DNA from: Myxococcales bacterium
GTDB taxonomy: Bacteria > Myxococcota_A > UBA9042
Assembly: GCA_023954815.1 (NCBI GenBank)
Contig: JAGSHB010000005.1
Coordinates: 11,727 to 75,726 of the forward strand
DNA length: 64,000 bases
Direction: 5' to 3'
This document shows positions 27,831-37,595 of the stretch, in pieces (within the stretch, counting starts at the first letter, position 1; every line of letters begins with the position of its first letter). The position numbers were made by a program, and so were the translations under genes. The notes beneath the pieces were generated by a model. That model worked only from the letters and a program-made list of their open reading frames with translations, had not been told where the DNA came from and did no database searches.

Positions 27831-29662
27831 GGATCGGGTGGGCAGTAGATCTCAACGTGGCTCAGGCCAGTTCCCGTCTTGCCGATGTCGGCGCCGCCAG
27901 CGAGCAGCGCGCACCCACCAAAGGGGCTGGTTCCCGGAATCTCGACCGCGGCCGCCGCAAACCGACGCTTGTCCAGCGGCAGACGCGCTATCACGCCGGT
28001 TTCATCGAATAGAAGGGCAGAATCAGCCACTTTCGAATCAGCACCAATACCGCCAATGAGCAGGGCATGGCCAGACGAGAGTCCGACCGCCGCAGCTAAG
28101 ACCCGGCGACCGCCATCAGCACCGCCGAACGAGCCGAGGCCTACCTTTTCGAAGCGGATGCGACGCTCAGCACCCGAGTCATCGACAACAATCTTGTAGG
28201 GCACTACGCCAGCGGAGGTCTTGGTGTTTCGGCCCTCGAGGAACAACGCTGCGCTGGAGGCGCCAACTAGAAACAAGCTCGCACCGGCTCTGACCAAGTG
28301 ACCGCCGAAGATGTACGGCGGCGCGCCCGTGACTGGGAGCACCTTAAATGCGTCTGATTCCGCATCATATTGCTCGACCATCGCTGCATTCTTGTTGATG
28401 CGCCCACCGATGATGAGCAGTGTTTTGCAGCCGTCGTCACCCTCTTTGATACAGCCGACGGCGGCGTGCGCTCGCGCCACATTCAGTTTGCTGTCGGATT
28501 GAGCGCACTCGGCTGCTGTACCACTTAGTTCGCACAGCCGCGCCTCACCGCTGCGCGAACTGCCTGACTTCGGGATCGGCTGATCGGCACCGCCAGCGAC
28601 GAGCAACCTGGGCCCGCCTGGCGTGGCCACACGCGCCACAATCGGTAACGCCAAGGGCTGTGGCAACTGCGTGCCGGATGACAGACGCGAGGGAAGATCC
28701 ACACGCCACACCGATTTGGACGCTGGGCAGCTCGCCCCGCCACCCGCGCAGGTCGCGTCTTGCAAGGTTGTGGTTAACGCAGAGCCGGCCAGCTTGACCT
28801 GTGCCTTCTTGGTGCCGCCGACCATCGCAAACGTCGACCCGCCTAGCGGTGCGCTACTCGCCATGCCGACGCGCCCGGCAGCGTCGAAGTTGTCCACAGA
28901 ACTTGCGGGAGCGATGAACCTTCCAAGGCTGGGATCGAATTGCTCTACTTTACTTGTCGTCGCTGACCAGACCCCGGTCGACACGTCGACCACAGAGAAA
29001 CCGCCGGCTAGCGCGATGGTGCCGCTGGCCAGGGCGACGAGGCTCGGAAATGCGCGAACTGCACCCCCGTTGAGTGGAAAGAGGCTGTTGACGTTGCAGC
29101 GGTTCTTTCCTGCCGTGCACGTCGCTGCTGGATGTACTGCCGCGCAGTCCTGATCGGTCGAGCAGCTCCGTTGTCCCGCCTCTGCAACAAGCGCGTCGTT
29201 AGCCTCTGCCATGCCGGTAAAACCACCGATTCGCACCGGCTGCATGTAGTAAGGGGTCTCGGCCGCTGCGTCAGAAGAGCCTCCGACGACCTCGACGCCA
29301 CCGCGATAGGCACGCAACTTGGCTTTGGTGCACGCCGTATCTTCAAAGAACTCGACCAGCACGCTGTAGTTCTTGCCCGCAGGCATGTCGCGCAGGGTGA
29401 ATGCGTTGCGGTTTTCGGTCGCGCTGACCAGATACGGTGCACAGGACAGCGCAAAGCGGGCCGACTGTTTGCTGCTCGTCAGCGGTCCTTGATAGATGGA
29501 CAGCTTGAACGCCTGTACCCCGGGCAACGTGCCGCTCAGCGCAAAGGTGAAGGAGCCGAGACTGTCGTCAACGGGCGCATCATCAGCCGCAGCGCAACTG
29601 GAGAGCAGGACACATAAGCCACCGATGAGCAGCGATCTGAACCACATTCGAGGCTCCATCAA
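27827..29662 (-). CDS. Lipoprotein, Kelch/beta-propeller-like with a Cys-rich N-terminal region
   Basis: Signal peptide plus LLSSCA lipobox. Repeated Gly-rich blades (LLVAGGAD, LLIIGGRIN, LLIGGIGAD) are typical of Kelch repeats. Confidence 0.5.
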   Translation of the reverse strand: MMEPRMWFRSLLIGGLCVLLSSCAAADDAPVDDSLGSFTFALSGTLPGVQAFKLSIYQGPLTSSKQSARFALSCAPYLVSATENRNAFTLRDMPAGKNYSVLVEFFEDTACTKAKLRAYRGGVEVVGGSSDAAAETPYYMQPVRIGGFTGMAEANDALVAEAGQRSCSTDQDCAAVHPAATCTAGKNRCNVNSLFPLNGGAVRAFPSLVALASGTIALAGGFSVVDVSTGVWSATTSKVEQFDPSLGRFIAPASSVDNFDAAGRVGMASSAPLGGSTFAMVGGTKKAQVKLAGSALTTTLQDATCAGGGASCPASKSVWRVDLPSRLSSGTQLPQPLALPIVARVATPGGPRLLVAGGADQPIPKSGSSRSGEARLCELSGTAAECAQSDSKLNVARAHAAVGCIKEGDDGCKTLLIIGGRINKNAAMVEQYDAESDAFKVLPVTGAPPYIFGGHLVRAGASLFLVGASSAALFLEGRNTKTSAGVVPYKIVVDDSGAERRIRFEKVGLGSFGGADGGRRVLAAAVGLSSGHALLIGGIGADSKVADSALLFDETGVIARLPLDKRRFAAAAVEIPGTSPFGGCALLAGGADIGKTGTGLSHVEIYCPPDP

Positions 29663-30633
29663 GGTGCGAGGAAGACGGGGTCTTTGTGAGCGTCGGCGCT
29701 GTCGATCGAGAACCCGACGGTTCCCTTCTCGGCTGCGCTATCGCCCTGCGTGACAGCCCAGATCGTGACCGCGACGACGGCAACTCCGGTGACCACTGTC
29801 GGCCAAAACCACCACTTCTTCGTCATCGGGACGACAGCTGGATCGCCAGGTCCCTTTCGTTTGGCGACCGGCTGCAACGCCAACTCCACCATATGTTCCG
29901 ACGTCTTACCCGCGGCCAGCACGGTGGTCTTGGACCACTCCTTATAACCAGCACGCACGACGCGCAGTTTGTACGTTCCCGGAGGCAGCTTCTTCTTGAG
30001 TCCCGTGATCGAAGTGCGCCCCAGCAGCTGGTCGTTTGCGTACACAAGGGCAACGCCGCCGCCAATGAGTCGCACCAACACATGCGCAGGTTTCACGGTC
30101 GCGCGGGTAGGCAGATCCACCGGGCCGATGAGCACAAGCAGTCCTTTGCTGGCCGCTTTCGTTGTGTCCGCGAGATTGGGCAGCGCTTGGCGGGTGGACT
30201 GGGCGACTCGGGAGGAACTCAGGCGTTTCCTATCGACATGAACCACACGCATGGACCACGTCAGCGCGCCGCCACCCTCGCGAACCACCTCACTGTAGAC
30301 AACGCGGTTCGCCCGGTACTTCTTGCCGATCTTGGCTAGGCAGGCGACACCGGCTTCTGTGCATTCGAACGCGAACATCTCTTCGACCAGATCGACCTTC
30401 GAGGCCACGGACGTGTAGTGCTTGTATCGCCGCGCCGATCGCAACAGCGCCGTGGTGAGTCGGGTCCGATCGGCGTCTTTGATCGCGTTCCCCTCCGTCC
30501 GCAAGATTAGCAATCGTGGCTTGCCTCGCGCCTCGGCCGGTTGACTGACAAGCGCACTGCCCATCACGGCCAGCGTCAGCAGCAAAGGTGTCACGCAGCA
30601 AAGGTGACCAGGGCGTCGGGTGGGTCGTTGCAC
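29659..30633 (-). CDS. Secreted PEGA-domain protein with C-terminal TM anchor
   Basis: Signal peptide is present. The PEGA-like beta-sandwich reads LVRLIGGGVALVYANDQLLGRTSITGL...PGTYKLRVVRAGYKEW. The C-terminal TM is WWFWPTVVTGVAVVAVTIWAV. Confidence 0.5.
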   Translation of the reverse strand: MQRPTRRPGHLCCVTPLLLTLAVMGSALVSQPAEARGKPRLLILRTEGNAIKDADRTRLTTALLRSARRYKHYTSVASKVDLVEEMFAFECTEAGVACLAKIGKKYRANRVVYSEVVREGGGALTWSMRVVHVDRKRLSSSRVAQSTRQALPNLADTTKAASKGLLVLIGPVDLPTRATVKPAHVLVRLIGGGVALVYANDQLLGRTSITGLKKKLPPGTYKLRVVRAGYKEWSKTTVLAAGKTSEHMVELALQPVAKRKGPGDPAVVPMTKKWWFWPTVVTGVAVVAVTIWAVTQGDSAAEKGTVGFSIDSADAHKDPVFLAP

Positions 30634-31111
30634 GGTCGTCGTCCTCGCTCAGCTTCGTCGGGGAGTAGATGCTAGAGGGCGCCCCGGTTGGGGTCAACAA
30701 CATCACCGACCTGTAATTTTGATTGGTTGGCGATCGTGCACGGAAGTTCATTTCTCAGGCGGTTTACGAGCTGTGCCACAGCGCGTCGTAAGGCGATAGG
30801 CGGTCACCTCCTTGCTGAGAATTAACAATACACGCTTAAAATCAGGTGTTTTTCTCAGTTTTAGTTCGCATCCGCGTAGGGCTCAATCCATGAGTGATGT
30901 GCCTGGTAGGCCACATCACTCACGCCTTATGCTGCAGAATTTGAGTCGCCAATCGATCCATCTCTTGGGGTCTGTTCGGCTCGGGCGGCATCCTGCTAGA
31001 CTGCGCGCCGGATCCATTGTCAGACCGCCCGCCCGTGGTCGCCAGCCGCCTCGTCCGCTTGTTTGAGCGCAAGACGGCTTCGCCCTCGGGCCCGTAGCTC
31101 CGGAGATCGCC

Positions 31112-32791
31112 ATGCAGCAGGTTGAGTACAGCGTCTTCCCCAACGTCAGTGACGCCATCTTCCTGCCGACGATCAACAAGATCCTTGGCCATATCCAGCG
31201 CACTAGTCCGACTTTTAAAGAGTTTCGTGAGTGGATGCGGGAGGATGGGCTCTGGCACAAAGAGCTGGTGCCGCAAGTTCTGAGCATCATGGATGTGACG
31301 CTGAAGCCGAAGCCGAAGCTGGGCAAGTGGGCGAAGGGGCTGCTCGACGCAGAGGATACCGAGGCGCAGCAGGAGCACATTTTCAAGCTGCTGCTCGACG
31401 GCAACACCCTGTTGGTGAAGTACGTCATGGAAGCGCTGGATATGGAGGGAGGCGGGCGACTGCACTCGACCTATGAGCTCCATCGCATGCTGACCAGCTA
31501 CGTCTATCCGGGCGAGACGATTCGTCTTCCTGACTTTCAGGCCTGGATTCGGTGGATCGTGTTGTCGGGCCGGGTCAAGTTGATCGGTATTCGTTGGGGG
31601 TTGACCGACGCTGGCAAGGAGATCGTGCCGCGCCTGCGGATGATCGACGTCGAAGAGTTCCTTGAGGACGAAGCCGAGGAAGACGAGGAAGACGAGGCCG
31701 CCGAGGAGGAGGAAGAGGCGGCCGCACCCGCCCTCAAAGTTGCCGCGCCTACGAAGAAAAAGGCAGCGGCTGCGCCTGCGAAGAGCGCGCCCGCCGCCGA
31801 AGAAGGGCCAGAAGATCTCCCGGACTTGCCAGATCTGCCGCCCGAGCCGCCGCCTGTCGATGAGGAGGCGTTTGCGCGTTATCAGGCGAGCCTGGACGCC
31901 ATGGTGGAGGAGCCTGAGCCGGTCGCAGAAGCTGAGCCGGTCACCGTGCCATCCGTCTCTCGCCGCGTGATGCCGCCGCGGCTCGCCATCGCACAACGGG
32001 CACAGGTCGCCGCTTGTGATCAGAACCCGCTGGAACTGGCAGACGTGATCGCCCAATTGCGCGAAGAAGGCCGTAAACAAGGGCTTGCAGGTGGATCCCT
32101 GCTCCTCGCGAGCGGTCTCGAACCGCGGCTCGCCCGCAGCGAGGCGCAGCGCTTTTTGTTTCTGGCTGGGTTGCTTGCACGGCTGTACGCCGCCGCCCCC
32201 GATGGTCGCCTGGCGCAGTTGGTGATCGATCGCGTGGGTGGGCTGAGTCCGATCGCCGTCCTGCTCGATCGCCCGGAGGCATTGACCGAGGTCGTCGTGC
32301 GTTGGGGACTGGCGCTGCCCACACCGGAGCATGTCGCTGCGCGCCGCGCGATCATGGACGCGGTCATTGGCGGACGCGCCCTGAAAGCGCGCAAGGATTT
32401 GGCCACGGTGCTGGCAGAGGCGCCCAAGAGCGTGGTCCTCATCACGGAGCTGCAGCGCGGTTTGCTCAAGGGAGCGCCCGCGATGGCCGCTTTCTGGCTG
32501 GTGCGAGAGCTCGTGCGGGTCGAGGTGTGGACCCACCCTGCCGCGAAGGAGATCGCCTTCGTGCCCAGTCGCGACAATCGTTTGATGGCCTACCGTCTGC
32601 GGTTGCTCGACAGCCACTTCGCCCACAGCACCGCCCGGCTCATCGCCGCCGCTCAAAAACTGGCGACGGCGATGCCGGCGGGTTCGGTCGAAGCCGCTGC
32701 TTTTGAAGTGCTCGCACCGGACGATCACCTGCGTTTTGACTGCAACAAGGTCACGATCTGCCAGGAGCCGTGTGCGTGGCGAGCCCAGTAG
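31112..32791 (+). CDS. Hypothetical protein: 190-aa N-terminal domain, poly-acidic/Ala-Pro linker, and roughly 300-aa helical C-terminal domain
   Basis: Protein-like composition, in contrast to the Arg-rich antisense ORF 30920-33103. It lies directly upstream of rho. There is no recognisable motif. Confidence 0.5.
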   Translation: MQQVEYSVFPNVSDAIFLPTINKILGHIQRTSPTFKEFREWMREDGLWHKELVPQVLSIMDVTLKPKPKLGKWAKGLLDAEDTEAQQEHIFKLLLDGNTLLVKYVMEALDMEGGGRLHSTYELHRMLTSYVYPGETIRLPDFQAWIRWIVLSGRVKLIGIRWGLTDAGKEIVPRLRMIDVEEFLEDEAEEDEEDEAAEEEEEAAAPALKVAAPTKKKAAAAPAKSAPAAEEGPEDLPDLPDLPPEPPPVDEEAFARYQASLDAMVEEPEPVAEAEPVTVPSVSRRVMPPRLAIAQRAQVAACDQNPLELADVIAQLREEGRKQGLAGGSLLLASGLEPRLARSEAQRFLFLAGLLARLYAAAPDGRLAQLVIDRVGGLSPIAVLLDRPEALTEVVVRWGLALPTPEHVAARRAIMDAVIGGRALKARKDLATVLAEAPKSVVLITELQRGLLKGAPAMAAFWLVRELVRVEVWTHPAAKEIAFVPSRDNRLMAYRLRLLDSHFAHSTARLIAAAQKLATAMPAGSVEAAAFEVLAPDDHLRFDCNKVTICQEPCAWRAQ

Positions 32792-33181
32792 CTTGTTGTC
32801 GGCGTGCCTGAGCGACCAAAAACGGGGTACCATCGGTATCGCAAAATAGATCGTTGACAGAACCGATTTGCCGGCCGTAGCCTCCGCGCGCCGCGCGATC
32901 TGTTCCACTTTGTCTACGTCGCTTCCAAGCGGCGTCGTCACTACCTGTGGCGCTGAGTGATCCAGCTTGCAAAGCAGCTGTAACCGACTTATCGACCTCA
33001 GTTTCCTCCCGTGTCTTTTCCCCATCTCCAGTGTTGGCGCTCTCTGCGCTGATACGCCTGTATCCACCGGGTGATCTTGTCTTCCAGACCTCTCGTAAAT
33101 CATCCCGGCCTCCGCGATTTTTCGGCCGCTGACCTGTTTTCAGGCATGCCCTGAGCCCTGAGTGGCTCCCATAGGTGAACC

Positions 33182-34429
33182 ATGAACCTTAATGATATCA
33201 AGCATATGAAGATGGTCGACCTCGTCGACCTTGGTGCCGAGCTCGGCATTGAAGATCCGGCCGCTCTGCCGCGCCAGGATCTGATCTTTGCCCTGTTGCA
33301 GGCGCAGACCAATCGCGAAGGCGCCATCTTCGCTGAAGGTGTGCTCCAGGTACTGCCCGACGGCTATGGCTTCTTGCGTTCGCCTGACTACAACTACTTC
33401 CCCGGCAGTGACGACATCTACGTCTCGCCCTCGCAGATCCGTCGTTTCGGTCTGCGCAATGGCGATACGGTCGCCGGTGAGATTCGTCCGCCGAAAGAAG
33501 GCGAGCGCTACTTCGCGCTGCTCAAGGTCGACGAGATCAACTTCGAGGAGCCCGAGCGCGCCCGTCGCAAGATCTTGTTCGACAATCTGACGCCGCTGTA
33601 CCCGGAAGAGCGCCTGACGCTCGAGTACAAGTCGGCCAGCAACACCACGCGCGTCGTCGACCTGATGTGCCCGCAGGGTAAGGGCCAGCGCACGCTGATC
33701 GTCGCCCCGCCACGGACCGGTAAGACTGTGCTGTTGCAGGAGATTGCCCACGCGATCGCCGAAAACCACAAGGAGGTCTACCTCATCGTGCTGCTCATCG
33801 ACGAGCGCCCGGAAGAGGTGACGGACATGCAGCGCACGGTCAACGGCGAGGTCATCAGCTCGACGTTCGACGAGCCCGCGAGCCGCCACGTGCAGGTCGC
33901 CGAGATGGTCATCGAAAAGGCCAAGCGCCTGGTCGAGCACGGCCGCGACGTGGTCATCCTTCTCGACTCCATCACCCGTCTGGCCCGCGCCTACAACACC
34001 GTGGTTCCGCCCTCCGGCAAGATCCTGTCTGGTGGTGTCGACTCCAACGCCCTGCACAAGCCGAAGCGCTTTTTCGGTGCGGCTCGTAATATCGAGGAAG
34101 GCGGCAGCCTCACGATCATCGGCACTGCGCTCGTCGACACCGGCTCCCGCATGGACGAGGTCATCTTCGAAGAGTTCAAGGGCACCGGTAACTGCGAGAT
34201 TCACCTCGACCGTAAGCTCATGGAAAAGCGCATCTTCCCGTGCTTGGACATCAACAAGAGCGGCACGCGTAAGGAAGACTTGCTCATGGATGTGGGCACG
34301 CTCAACCGCGTCTACCTGCTCCGCCAGCTGCTCCACCCACTGAACGTGGTCGACTCGATGGAGTTCCTGCTCGACAAATTGCGCAAATACGAAAGCAACC
34401 AGGACTTTCTTGACGATATGAATCGTTAA
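33182..34429 (+). CDS. rho: Transcription termination factor Rho
   Basis: The N-terminal RNA-binding OB fold is present, with [11 protein letters not shown] (Walker A) and ILSGGVD...RKEDLL. Confidence 0.92.
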   Translation: MNLNDIKHMKMVDLVDLGAELGIEDPAALPRQDLIFALLQAQTNREGAIFAEGVLQVLPDGYGFLRSPDYNYFPGSDDIYVSPSQIRRFGLRNGDTVAGEIRPPKEGERYFALLKVDEINFEEPERARRKILFDNLTPLYPEERLTLEYKSASNTTRVVDLMCPQGKGQRTLIVAPPRTGKTVLLQEIAHAIAENHKEVYLIVLLIDERPEEVTDMQRTVNGEVISSTFDEPASRHVQVAEMVIEKAKRLVEHGRDVVILLDSITRLARAYNTVVPPSGKILSGGVDSNALHKPKRFFGAARNIEEGGSLTIIGTALVDTGSRMDEVIFEEFKGTGNCEIHLDRKLMEKRIFPCLDINKSGTRKEDLLMDVGTLNRVYLLRQLLHPLNVVDSMEFLLDKLRKYESNQDFLDDMNR

Positions 34430-34475
34430 CAACCGCCTGGCAGTGATTTCTGCCGCATCTCTACAGGAGTTTCAG

Positions 34476-35417
34476 ATGGCAACTGTGCTGATCACAGGTG
34501 GTGCTGGTTTTATTGGTAGCAATCTCGCCCGTGGGCTGCTCGCTCAGGGCGACAGCGTGCATATCTTGGATGACTTGTCTTCCGGTCGGATGGTGAACAT
34601 CGAGCCGATCTTGGACCAGGTCACCTTCTTTGAGGGCGACATTCGCAACGCCGCTCAGGTCGAAGAGGCCATGACTGGCTGCGACTACGTGCTGCATCAA
34701 GCGGCGCTGCCGTCGGTCGCACGTTCAGTGGACGACCCGATTCTGAGCAATGACGTCAACGTGAATGGGTGTCTGGTGGTGTTGAATACCGCGCGCAATT
34801 TGGGCGTCAAACGCGTCGTTTTTGCGGCTTCGTCCAGCGCCTATGGTGAGACACCGGTCCTGCCGAAAGTGGAGACGATGGCGCCGAAGCCGCAGTCGCC
34901 CTATGGCGTCGCCAAGCTGGCCTGTGAGTACTACTTGCAGGCGTTTCACCACGTCTATGGCTTGGAGACGGTGGCCTTGCGCTACTTCAACGTCTTCGGT
35001 CCGCGTCAAGCGCCCGATAGTGCCTACGCGGCGGTCATCCCGCTGTTCGTGTCGAAGATGCTGAGCGGTGAGCGCCCCACGGTGAATGGCGACGGGCTAC
35101 ATTCGCGGGACTTTTGCTACATCGACAACGTCGTCGAAGCCAACCTGAAGGCGCTGACGGCTCCTGATGCAGCGGGCAAAGTCTACAATGTGGCTGTCGG
35201 TGGCCGCTACACGCTGCTCGACCTCATCGCGTCCATCAACGACACGCTCGGCACGAGTATTGCGCCGATCCATGGCCCAGAACGGGCAGGCGATATCCGC
35301 GACAGTCAGGCCGACATTACGGCGGCTGTGCGCGACTTGGGTTACACCGCATCGATCGATTTCGCCGAGGGCCTACGCCGCAGCATCGAATGGTACCGGG
35401 ACCCAGCCAACGTCTAG
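34476..35417 (+). CDS. NAD-dependent nucleotide-sugar epimerase/dehydratase (UDP-hexose/UDP-HexNAc 4-epimerase family)
   Basis: VLITGGAGFIGSNL is the Rossmann GxxGxxG. The catalytic motif SSSAYG...YGVAKL (YxxxK) is present. ATG 34476 is preceded by AGGAG. Confidence 0.8.
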   Translation: MATVLITGGAGFIGSNLARGLLAQGDSVHILDDLSSGRMVNIEPILDQVTFFEGDIRNAAQVEEAMTGCDYVLHQAALPSVARSVDDPILSNDVNVNGCLVVLNTARNLGVKRVVFAASSSAYGETPVLPKVETMAPKPQSPYGVAKLACEYYLQAFHHVYGLETVALRYFNVFGPRQAPDSAYAAVIPLFVSKMLSGERPTVNGDGLHSRDFCYIDNVVEANLKALTAPDAAGKVYNVAVGGRYTLLDLIASINDTLGTSIAPIHGPERAGDIRDSQADITAAVRDLGYTASIDFAEGLRRSIEWYRDPANV

Positions 35418-35435
35418 CTAGTTCCCTGCCGCTAG

Positions 35436-37595
35436 CTAGGGTGGCCCGCCGGCTGCTCGCGCGCTGGGTGGTGCGAGCATCGCTGGCAGTGTGGGTATGG
35501 CCGCTGCTGCTGGGACACCGCGCGGTTGGCCAAGCCTGCGCTTGGCAGGCCCTTCGCCCTTGGACGCACCCTTGTCGTTCGCTCTACCATCCGCCCGCTG
35601 ACTAGTCGCCTTCGGGCCCGCCGCTTTGTCACTAGCAGGGCTGTTTCCCGACTTTTTCGCCTTATTTCCAGGCTTCTTGCCGCCTTTGGGCTGCAACAAG
35701 GCCGTCTTGAAGCCGGCGCCGGTCGGGGCGAAGAGCGCGTCGATCAACCGATCGCTTGTCGCCTCGACTGTCCACGTGACCTCCGCCACGCGCGCCTCGG
35801 TATCACTGACCGCTGGGGGCGCGATCAGTCGGGCGAGTGGTCCTGAGGGCGCGTCTTTGCTTCCTGGTGAAAAGCCGCGTAGCTCCCTCGCGATCAGCAT
35901 GGCGTCATGGCTCGCCTTCAGCGATGAGATCTGGTCGGGGCTACCGTCCGGCATCATCCGCGCCGTGGCATCTGCCACGCGTGCTAGGGCTCCAGCCACC
36001 TTGCCGAGCCGTGATGAAATCTCGCGCAACTCCGCCGTTCCTCGGCGCGGTTTGGTGAGGGTGTCGCGCTGTTCGGCTGTCCAGATCTGGAGGCGATCCC
36101 GCAGGCTGCGAGCGTTATCCTCGCCCTGACAGCGATAGGTAATGCGCAGGCGCTTACCGTCTTTCTGCAAACTCGCGGTGACTAGATCAACGGTCTCCGC
36201 CAACGCACCTTGTGGTAGCCACCCGGTCCGGCCCGACTGCGCCAGGGTGACGGCAAATAGGGGGCCACTTGCCCGCAGGGGCTCCAGTAGCTCGGTGATA
36301 CGCATGTCTTCGACCAACGCCGGCGCATCACCCGAACGAACCTTCGCGAGGCGAGCCAATGCCGCGTCATTGCCGAGCCAAATGACGTCTGGTTGTGGTG
36401 CGGCGATCCGCCAGTGACTGCGATCGCCGGGCAACGAAAACAGCGCTGATGGACCGCCGGCGTAGGTCGTTTGCGAGACATTGTGAACGCCCGCGACCTT
36501 CAACGGAACGGAGTCTGCGTTGGGATGCCGCGCGATCAGCGCCACACCATCAGGAAAGCGCGCGAGCCAGATTGTGGTCCCATCCAACTTGCCTGCGTCG
36601 AGACTGTCCAATAGCGCCAAGACGCCGAGCGCGCCGTCGCCGTGCGAGCCCGTCGACTGCTGCCGAATGCGATCGACTGCGCCGCGATGCACGCCCACGA
36701 GCTGGGTCACATCGCGCGGAACGTCCTCGATAGGCTGCCGATGGCCACGCCCGAACAGGTTGTTCGACGCGTACCAGCCCGCGACACCGAGCAGGGCGAG
36801 CAGGACGAGGGCGCCTCGCAGCGGAATCAAGTTTCCCTGACTTCGGTCTCGCTCAACCAGCCAAGCCACGGCGGTCCCCAGCCCATACAACACGACCAGC
36901 GGGCCGCTCATCAGCATCTGGTTGAGCGGATCGGGCGTTGGCGTCAAGATCGCACCGACGACGAAGGCGATGACAACCCAATAGCGATAAAAACCCAGCA
37001 AGCCGGAGGCCGTCACGAGTCCCATCACGCTGAGGAAATACATAAAGACCGGTAGCTCAAACACCAGCCCAAACGCCAGCAGCAGCCACATGGAGTAGGC
37101 CACCGTCGATTGGAGCGTCGGCTCCAGGCTCATGCCTTGGGCCTCCACCGTCAGCTTGATCAGAAAGTCGGTCATGAACGGCAGGACGACCGAGTAGCAA
37201 AAGGCAGCCCCAGCGGCGAAGAACACAACTGAGGCGGCCACCACGGGGATGATCATGCGCCGTTCCGTGCGCAGCATCCCTGGGGCGACGAACGCCCACA
37301 CTTGGTAGAAAATGAAGGGGCTGGCGATGAAGATGCCGCCGACGAGGCTCAACTTCACGTAGACCGAGATGCTCTCTGTGATCTGAAGCGCCTTGATCGC
37401 GAAGAGACCGTTGTCCGCCATGGCGCTGCGAACGGGACCGCTCAGCCATTCGTAGAGCTCGACATGGAAGCTCCACGCAACGAAAAAACCGAGCGCGATG
37501 GCAATCGTGGCGCGAAGCATACGACCGCGGAGTTCGGTCAGGTGTTCGCGGAAGGGCATGCTGCCCTGTTGGGTTTCCTCATTCGGCTCGGTCAC
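35436..37595 (-). CDS. tatC: Twin-arginine translocase subunit TatC fused to an extra TM helix and a roughly 430-aa C-terminal extension
   Basis: The TatC N-terminus MPFREHLTELRGRMLRATIAIALGFFVAW is followed by six TatC TMs. A 7th predicted TM (ALVLLALLGVAGWYASNNLF) follows, then a long soluble region ending in a Lys/Gly/Ala-rich tail. Confidence 0.75.
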   Translation of the reverse strand: MTEPNEETQQGSMPFREHLTELRGRMLRATIAIALGFFVAWSFHVELYEWLSGPVRSAMADNGLFAIKALQITESISVYVKLSLVGGIFIASPFIFYQVWAFVAPGMLRTERRMIIPVVAASVVFFAAGAAFCYSVVLPFMTDFLIKLTVEAQGMSLEPTLQSTVAYSMWLLLAFGLVFELPVFMYFLSVMGLVTASGLLGFYRYWVVIAFVVGAILTPTPDPLNQMLMSGPLVVLYGLGTAVAWLVERDRSQGNLIPLRGALVLLALLGVAGWYASNNLFGRGHRQPIEDVPRDVTQLVGVHRGAVDRIRQQSTGSHGDGALGVLALLDSLDAGKLDGTTIWLARFPDGVALIARHPNADSVPLKVAGVHNVSQTTYAGGPSALFSLPGDRSHWRIAAPQPDVIWLGNDAALARLAKVRSGDAPALVEDMRITELLEPLRASGPLFAVTLAQSGRTGWLPQGALAETVDLVTASLQKDGKRLRITYRCQGEDNARSLRDRLQIWTAEQRDTLTKPRRGTAELREISSRLGKVAGALARVADATARMMPDGSPDQISSLKASHDAMLIARELRGFSPGSKDAPSGPLARLIAPPAVSDTEARVAEVTWTVEATSDRLIDALFAPTGAGFKTALLQPKGGKKPGNKAKKSGNSPASDKAAGPKATSQRADGRANDKGASKGEGPAKRRLGQPRGVPAAAAIPTLPAMLAPPSARAAGGPP

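Noticed and set aside
30920-33103. 727-aa minus-strand ORF, the longest in the region
   Set aside because: It is Arg/Gly/Pro-rich and lacks hydrophobic segments. It lies entirely antisense to the better-behaved plus-strand gene 31112-32791 and to the rho leader. This is the typical antisense open frame of a high-GC gene.
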